Shown: positions 56,405-64,000 of the stretch, one piece after another | Position numbering within the stretch: position 1 is the first letter of the stretch | Layout of the letters: the number at the start of each line of letters is the position of its first letter | Source of the DNA: Gekko japonicus | Lineage: Eukaryota | DNA: 64,000 nucleotides | Assembly: GCF_001447785.1 (NCBI RefSeq) | Contig: NW_015173124.1 | Location: 1,817,441-1,881,440, forward strand | Direction: 5' to 3' | The notes under the pieces: generated by a model | Database searches by the model: none | What the model was told of the DNA's origin: nothing | What the model saw: the letters and a program-made list of their open reading frames with translations, nothing else | Made by a program: the position numbers and the translations under genes

Positions 56405-57112
56405 TCATTCAAAATATAATCCATGCACTGTGGCCACAGCAAAAAGGTATGAATTGGTAAATGTGGCAGAGGCAAAGTTGTCATTCTCTACATCCCAGAG
56501 GGATCGACTGGAAATCTGAAGACCTTGGTTGGCTTGCTGGCCCAGAAAGACATTGCACACTAGCTTATATCGAGGTGGGGTCAGTTCTTTGGCTCTGTTC
56601 CGGATGAGGTCTGACAGGTTTTGAGCCAACTGGCCGCTATTTGCAGGATTGTACTTGGTATCACCGAGGTAGCTGGCTAGAATAGATTCTAGAACCTGCT
56701 GCGTCTGGAAAGCATTAAACCTGCATCCTTTGTCTGGCTGGGTCTTGTAGGTGTTTTCATACTGTGTCTCCCGGATGGGTTCAAAGAGGGGTAGCCCAGA
56801 GAAACTCACTCGACCAAAATGCATCCAGGAGAAGCGCCTGCCTCCAGTCGCTAGAGAGCTTCTCCTGCTGGGAAACGGAGCATTGAGGATGCTCATGATG
56901 GAGCTTCTTCGAGATGGTGGGAAAGGGGCCTTCCCTTCTTCAATACTCTGCAGACGCAACAGTGGCCTGGGTACCATGTCTGTGGACTGGGAATTTCTGT
57001 GGATAGGTATGGATCCTGCTTTCAGACATGTGGAATCTGCATCCTCTGAGGTCATTACTTGGTTGAACTGGGCCACAGCTTCCTGGGATAGTGCCAGAGG
57101 CCTGTCTGCCAT
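56405..57112 (-). CDS. DYNLT4: Dynein light chain Tctex-type 4 (TCTEX1D4), 235 aa, single coding exon
   Basis: MADRPL start, RVSFSGLP motif, YENTY, and a Tctex-1 domain (PPRYKLVC...SRSLWD...FAVATVHGLYFE). Splice acceptor 11 nt upstream of the ATG (exon starts at 57123). Convergent with PLK3. Confidence 0.93.
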   Translation of the reverse strand: MADRPLALSQEAVAQFNQVMTSEDADSTCLKAGSIPIHRNSQSTDMVPRPLLRLQSIEEGKAPFPPSRRSSIMSILNAPFPSRRSSLATGGRRFSWMHFGRVSFSGLPLFEPIRETQYENTYKTQPDKGCRFNAFQTQQVLESILASYLGDTKYNPANSGQLAQNLSDLIRNRAKELTPPRYKLVCNVFLGQQANQGLQISSRSLWDVENDNFASATFTNSYLFAVATVHGLYFE

Positions 57113-59149
57113 GTCCAAGTTGTCTGGGACATCAAGAAAAAAAGAGAATTATATTGGTATGCAGGCTGATCCCAGCTGGGGATTCCAAAGTGGAGAGATA
57201 ACACATTCTCCTATGTCCTCTGTGCAAGTAAGAATTTCAGTTTACACAAATGGGGCACTTGTATCTGTGTAAAATTTGGCAGGGAGGATGCCACAGGCAG
57301 CTAAAGAATACAGTCCTTAAGAACTGCAACCCAGTTTAGGATTTAGCTGAAAAGCTATGGGTGGAAATTGCTTTCTCATTGAAGCCAATGGAATCAAATA
57401 AGAGAGAAAGGAATAAGATTCCATAGAGGAATAGTAGATATATTAATGAACACAAAGTATTAAAGAACAAAACAAGCGGGAGAAACAAAATTTCTGTACA
57501 CATCCTGACTGATTTCAGTGGATCATATTTTCAAATAACGTGTTTGGAATTAAAATATCTTTGACTGCATATCAGATAGATTTACTCATTGGTGTGTTGT
57601 TCCTCTATAGTGAAATCAGCATTTGAGATAGGGTATAATATCAGACAAGGCCTTGAGTGCTCAAAATCTCCATTTTCAGGGCTCATTCCAGTTTTCCTGG
57701 CCTGGTGCCATTGACAGTTACTGGCTTATGATCAAGTTTCTGAGTGTTTTGGCACAGATTACACACACCTCTCACCTTATACCATCTCTTCCATCTCTAT
57801 TTTATCCTTTCTGCCTCTGCTATTTACCTTCCACAAGGGCTTCGCATTCCATGGGGCTGCAAAGGTATTTGAAGAAATGTCTGGGGAAACTGTGCCAACA
57901 GCTCCTCACAGCTGTTCCAACAGTAGCAGCTTTTTAACAATGAAAGGGTGCATTCAGGCGGGGCGTTTCAGCTGGCATAAACTGTACCGGTTGGAACCGG
58001 TGCAGTTTATGCCGGCTGAAATGCGATCACACTCACCTCCTATCTGCGGATCCCATTGTTGTATGCCCATCCACACGCAGCGGGCATCGGCGTGTTTTTT
58101 TTAACTCAGTTTGAGCATGCACATAGGCAGTCATCCACAGAATGGCGATTTTTGCGCATGCACAAAAAAACCCGTCTGACATTTAAACTTTAAAGGTAAG
58201 GACTTACCTTTAAAGTTTAAAGAGCAAAGTAGCCTCCCTGAGGTCCCGGACTCCTCCGAAATGCTAAACTAAGGCCCTTTTCTTTTTTTAAAAAACAAAC
58301 GCCAGGGCAAAGCTTTGCCCAAGCGCATATCGCCAACCTTTAAAAAAAAAAATGGCGGGCAAAAATCGGAAGCCTGAGGCTTCCGAACGGAAGTGGCTAG
58401 ACACCGGTGGAGAGCGATCAGACGGGGGTAAAGCAATTACAACCATTGTAATCAGGATACCACCACTTGGGGACCTAGTGGCAGAGTACAACGGTTTAAA
58501 GGGCTTTGCAACGGTTAGGGATGGAAGGCAGATGTTCTATGTGTGAATGCCGGTAAGTATAAAAGTGGATTACAATCTTAATTTTCCTTGAGGACAAGCC
58601 ACCAGTGGGTGGGAGATGCTCTGCCAATATTTACTACTAAATTTATATATATGGGATAATGTGTAGGGGGTGGATGCTAGTTTCAGCCATGCATAGCCCA
58701 ATTTGGATTAGGGCTATGTGGGATAGGGGTTTAACACTTCCATTGTTCCCCCATCAAGACTGCCCTGTGTACCGTTGTTAACCCTTAAAAGGGGTTGCCT
58801 GTCATTTGTCTTTACAAGGCTATTAATAGCTGGAGGCAGCAGTTTCTATAAGCAAACTATGTGGGAATGGAAAGGTTAAATTCTCCCCTCTCTTTCCCAT
58901 GTGGCCCCAATCTGACCCACGCAGCTCAAATTGTTTTAAAATTGATGGGAATATTCAATCATAGATCCCTTTTCCCCCCTAGATTTTTAAAGATTTTTTT
59001 TTAGATTTTGATTTTTTAGAAATAGTAGGATGTTTAGGTGCTAATAAACTAATAGGGGGACTTTTTTTTTTTACTTCATGAGAGCTACTATCTTGTTTTT
59101 TAATTTGCACCAATGGTCCCACTCCCACTACATGTTATAGTGGAGTGGC

Positions 59150-59790
59150 TGCTTTGTATGTTAGAGCTGGGGCACACTGAAATGTTGTAAAACAGTGGGA
59201 TTTCATGTTGCAAAGCAAAAGCAAAGGGCAAATGAGTATGCGAACCTTTCTTCTGCCCATAGCTACATCCTGTAACAGTAAATTCCACAGGTTAATTACT
59301 CTTTGAGTGAAAAAGTACTTTGTTTTTTTTAATCGACTGCCCATCAACTTCACTGAGTGCCTGCAAGCTCTCGAGACAAAGGAGAAGAAGAACATGTTGT
59401 CTCTTTCTACTTTATGCATACATGCATGATTTTATAAACCACTATCATTTCTTTCTTCAGTTGCCTTTTCTCTAAATTAACAAGCTCTCCACATCCTTAG
59501 CCCTTTTCAGGGAAAGTGCTCCAAACCATGACCATTTTCTCCACTCCCCCCCCCCAGTGCTATAATATCTTTCTTGAGATACAGTATCCTGAACAATAAA
59601 CTGTATTGAAATCCACTGCACTATAGATCTGGGAGATGTGTTTTCAATCCTTTTCCTGATAATCGTTAGAGTAGAATTTCCTGTTTTCTCCACTGCTACA
59701 TACTGAGAACATTTTCAGCAAGATATCTACCACAATCCCAAAACCCTTTTCCTGGTCAGTCACTGCCCATTCAGACCTCACTTAAAGTTA
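59150..59790 (-). mobile_element. Decayed CR1 LINE 3' region
   Basis: Minus frame KLMGSRLKKTKYFFTQRVINLW. Confidence 0.65.
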
Positions 59791-60953
59791 GAATTTTTTT
59801 AACCAATGTGCCTCACTACACTTATTCAAGAAACAGAAAACAGAATAAATTGATAACAGCCACATACAAAGAAGAAGAAGAACAGAGGGGATGGGAACAG
59901 TTGTGAAATAATTTGAGCCTCCTTCAGTTTGTTTTTGTTGAAACCGCAAGCAATAAGTATAAATTACGTGAAAGTAAATGAGGGTACCTTTCACAAATCA
60001 CACAGATGTTAATAAATCATTGCACAGGGACAGGTAAGTGTTCATTTTTAGGTATTTTAAAAGCACAGTTTTAATCTATATTTTTCATCTAGTGATTGTT
60101 TTATTTTTAATCATAACTTTAAGTTTTAGATGTTTATTAATTTAAACAAGCACACTTGCTAACTTGGATTAGAATCACCATTTTGCATTTTAGTGGACCT
60201 TTTCGTGATGCCATAACACATAAGGATTAATGTTTAGCTGACTTTAACAGCCTTTTCTGCATACAATAAAACCAGTACAACACAACAAAGGAATAATTCC
60301 TCCCTGGTTTTTCAACAGAAGTTTAACACAGGGTTGCCAGCTTCCAGGTGGTAGCTGGAGATCTCCTGCTATTACAACTGATCTCCAGACACCAGAGATC
60401 AGTTCGCCTGGAGAAAATGGCTGATTTGGAAGTTAGACTCTATACCCCGCTCATGGGGAGGGTGGGGTATAAATTGAAATAAATAAATAAATAAATAAAT
60501 AAAATGGCATTCTGCCTCAAACCCCATTTTTCTCAGGCTTCCCCCCCCCCAAATCTCCAGGTATTTCCCATCCTGAAGCTGGCAACCCCAGTTTGACGAC
60601 TGTTCTCACAATATTCTGTTAATCTGGATATTTTATTCCAGATTAACTAATATGGAGTCTTCTTACTATCCGTAGAAGAGAGGATAGTTGTCCCTTCTTC
60701 AGTTTTAATTACAATAAGTGCATGGATATTTTACATCCTTACCACGGTTGATACTGATGATGTGAAACAAGCGTAACTGAAGTTCAAAGGTAATCAGTTC
60801 CCAGGAAGTCTTGTGTACACATTTAAAAAATCCAAAGTGCACAAGTAAATAGACAGCGACAGCAGAATGCTAGGCTCAGCCAACAAGAATGGGCAAAGAC
60901 CATGATTTTTTGAGTGTGTGGTCTCAGACATGTTGCCTCCCAGCCCATCTTAC

Positions 60954-61334
60954 CTGGTCACAGTGCAGCCTTACCCAGAGGCAGTGGGCTCACTAGAAGA
61001 GGAGTTCTGCTGGAATCATGAACTGGAGATCAGTTGAAGAGCTCTTTAATACCCATTATCTTGCTACAGCTTGCTCAGGCTTGTTGCGAGGGCCTGCTGA
61101 GGCCCTCACCCCTTTACCTCCCTGGCTTCATAAGCTCCCTCCTTGATGTGGTAAATCATGGGCTGTTTGATCTGGCAGTTCAATGGGAGAGTAATCAAAA
61201 GCACTGCGACAGGACTGGGCAGCCTGCCACCCGAAATGCATGGTCTCCGTGGAGACTGTATCACTTGTGTTATTTTTGTACAGCATGGAGTGTTTGGGGA
61301 GACGGGAGCTGTAGTACTTCCAGGCTTCATTGTG
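60954..61334 (-). other. Candidate exon upstream of DYNLT4
   Basis: Acceptor TTCTTTATTCTTTCCTCAG; donors CAG|GTAAGA (exon end 60954) and TGG|GTAAGG (exon end 60975). Confidence 0.4.
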
Positions 61335-64000
61335 CTGAGGAAAGAATAAAGAATTGGTTCTGTAAGAACTACTAGGCTGTTGGAGGCTATTTGAGGCATG
61401 TGGCTTAACCAGGCATGTTCATGATAGAAATGGATGTGCTTGTTCCCTTGACAGAAATCCAGAAACACATGGGGAACAATTTACAATTGTTTTCAAGCCT
61501 CCTTTTTTTTTTTAAAGAGAGAGATGGCTCTAGCATCCATTAAAGTGCTACAGATCTCTCTCAGCTAATAGGATCTCCCTCAAAGGGGCTTCCTTGAGCT
61601 CATGGTCTCAACCTGACTTGTCTCCTCAGTTTGAATTTGGGGTATGTTACCTGCCAAAAGGCTCAAGCCCAAATCTTGTTATGTCAATGTAATGTTTTAC
61701 TAGTTGGCCACATTATGGCACTAAGATATATTTTATGCATTTAATCCTTTCCTAGTGTAAAGGTTAGTAAGGAAGACGTTTACAAGATGGTCCCTCATTT
61801 ATTAGGATCATTATGGATTCCAGAACACCACAGCTCTACAGAACCCAGTTGCTATCTTATACTCAGTATCAAAGAACTTCACAAAATAGATTCTGCTGTT
61901 CAGCTATGCCATTTGTGTTTAAATTTTGCCTGGTAGGTAGGCTCTGACCCTACAAACATTTACCAAGGATTAAGACCCATTGAATGTGTCAGCAGTGTGG
62001 CTCAAGTGTTCTAGTGTGGGCGGGGTACCTGCTCACCTCAATTTGGCATCCTTCTTACTCTTTACTCTCTTCCTTGGCCCAGAGGGTTTCAAGATCACCA
62101 TAAAGTGGAGATGACCATTGCTTTGTTATGGCCAACTGCACATTTATTTTCTCTACTCAGCATTCCCCTTGATCATCTACACCTCTGTATTGTACTCTAC
62201 AGTATGATCTCTCCTTCTCCCTCTTATGAAGGGACTGGCAGTTCTGGAGGTGGGATTACTTTGCAATGTGTGAATTAATTTGTGCCAGCACCAGTCCTGA
62301 AATTTGTTTTTAAGTGCTGGGAATTGGTTTGGAGCTTGTGCAGAGTGATTATAACCAGTCCTTATTTACTGAGGATTGAGCGGGGAGCACCTTTCTGGAA
62401 ATGCCGGAGCCTCAGCATCTTGCTGTTTAGAAATTAAGCAGATAAATACCCACTTCTATTTGTCATCTGATAAGAATATAATTTTACATCAGTCTTGCTT
62501 CTTGAGTCACTTCCGTCATAACTTTTAGTAATTTTTTCTCAGGATGCTGTGATTTCTTTTTATGGCATCCTCCATTTGCTTTGGGATGGTGAGGCCAGTT
62601 TCATGGACTGATATGCTACAATTTGTCTTCTCTTGTGACTTCTGAATCCAGTTGCCTGCTTCCTGCCTGGCTGTCAAAGCTGTCATGAACAAACATTATC
62701 CTGCCTTGACATGCACATCCTAACTTTGCTGCTCTATTTATTTCATACACATTTTCACAACCACTTTTGTCCATTCTCATTTATGTTAAACCTTCCCTTT
62801 TTTAACCTCCTTGGCCTGTTGTCAGTGAATTCTCCCTGCTATTTTGCCAATCTGCTGATTGACGCTTAGCCTTCATACATCTCCTCCCCTTCCAATTGTG
62901 TGAACAATTGCTTCTTCACTATTCATCCCCTTATTGTTCTGTTTAGATGGGGAACTCTCCTGGACTCCTTATATGAAGGCATTATTCTTGCCTATGTTTG
63001 TTTGCTTTCTGTGTCTTTCTGTGTATGTTTGGAGCTTAAGGTACACAGGCATTCAAGATACTGTGTGTTTATTTTGTATGGAAACTTTTTTGTGGTTGTT
63101 GCTATGTGACAGGGAGGTTCTCAAACCATGGCATTCCACTTTTAACTGCTTGTTTACAGCCAATACACAGTTAAAGGGAGATAAGGTCTGAAAATCCTTT
63201 GGCAAGTCCCCTGGCCTTTGGATTTGGGGGTTTCAGAACCAGTTATGACTTATTTATTTATTTGATTTATAGACTGCCCTCCCCTGTACGCAGGGCGGTG
63301 AACAACATCTTGATAAAAACATTTAAGTACATTCAGATTAACAGATTAACAGTTAAACATCAGCAATTTCTTTCGGGGTTAGCCGGTATAGTTATATAGT
63401 TACCACTGACTAGTAAGCAGAGTGCATAAAGCTTATCGCACAGGAGTGTGTCCAACCAGGGTAACAAAGCTTAGAGTGCCACAAAGGTACACAGAGCCAC
63501 TTTTTCAGTTTAAAAGACTAATACTAGTCTCTTTATTCTAGAACTACAATCTGGATAGGAAAGCTTAGAGACAGGATAGTGTTCTAGTCTAACTAACTAA
63601 GGATGAACTCAGATGGTGAGAGGCCATCTGAGTCATGGTGCCAAGATTGGACAGCATTGTCCTCCCTCTCGGTGCATGCAGAAAGAAGTGCAAAGAAGTT
63701 CTGGGGGGAAATGAACGGAAGGGAGGAAGTTGTTCCCTGAGATCTCCATTCCACATATCAAAGGGATAGTGACAGGAGAGTAAATACAGGAAGGAAAGGT
63801 CAGTGTGACTGTCTAGCTATCTGTCTCTCATGGCACGAAGCCTGGAAGCTGAGGCAGGGACAGTGCCTTCACTTCAAACAATTTCTATCCTAATTCAGAT
63901 GGTGCTTATATCCTTAACCCTGGGGGGGGGGGGGAAACAGAAGAGGCCAGTCTTGATGGAAAAACCGTTGCTGTCCCCAACCATAGGCTCAATGGAACAC

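Noticed and set aside
56751-57272. 173-aa plus-strand ORF
   Set aside because: Antisense shadow of the DYNLT4 CDS
57200-64000. BTBD19, expected here from human synteny
   Set aside because: No BTB/BACK-like coding sequence recognised in the window

Overview
Vertebrate genomic DNA, very likely a squamate and probably a gecko, judged from Sauria and Squam3-type SINEs, BovB, 5S-derived SINEs and many hAT MITEs. Two genes are firmly supported. One is a complete 15-exon PLK3 on + (CDS 27258-47084, 1971 nt, 656 aa, all introns GT-AG and phase-consistent), with a CpG-island promoter and an ARE-containing 3' UTR. The other is a single-coding-exon DYNLT4/TCTEX1D4 on - (56405-57112), convergent with PLK3 as in mammals. 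A second CpG island at the left edge appears to drive an unidentified minus-strand spliced transcript. Much of the rest is transposon-derived, often with resolvable target-site duplications (TSDs) and nesting. The best leads are: (1) a phase-compatible chain of exons at 15.9-23.9 kb that splices into an unrecognised 119-aa signal-peptide protein with six mature cysteines; (2) a Penelope-type minimal hammerhead ribozyme with an intact core, in sense orientation in PLK3 intron 6; (3) an apparently 5'-inverted BovB insertion; (4) inverted SINEs bracketing PLK3 exons 2-11; (5) unexplained exon-like sequence upstream of DYNLT4. All of this was read by eye, with no database searches. Repeat family names come from recalled consensus sequences, and some repeat boundaries are approximate.
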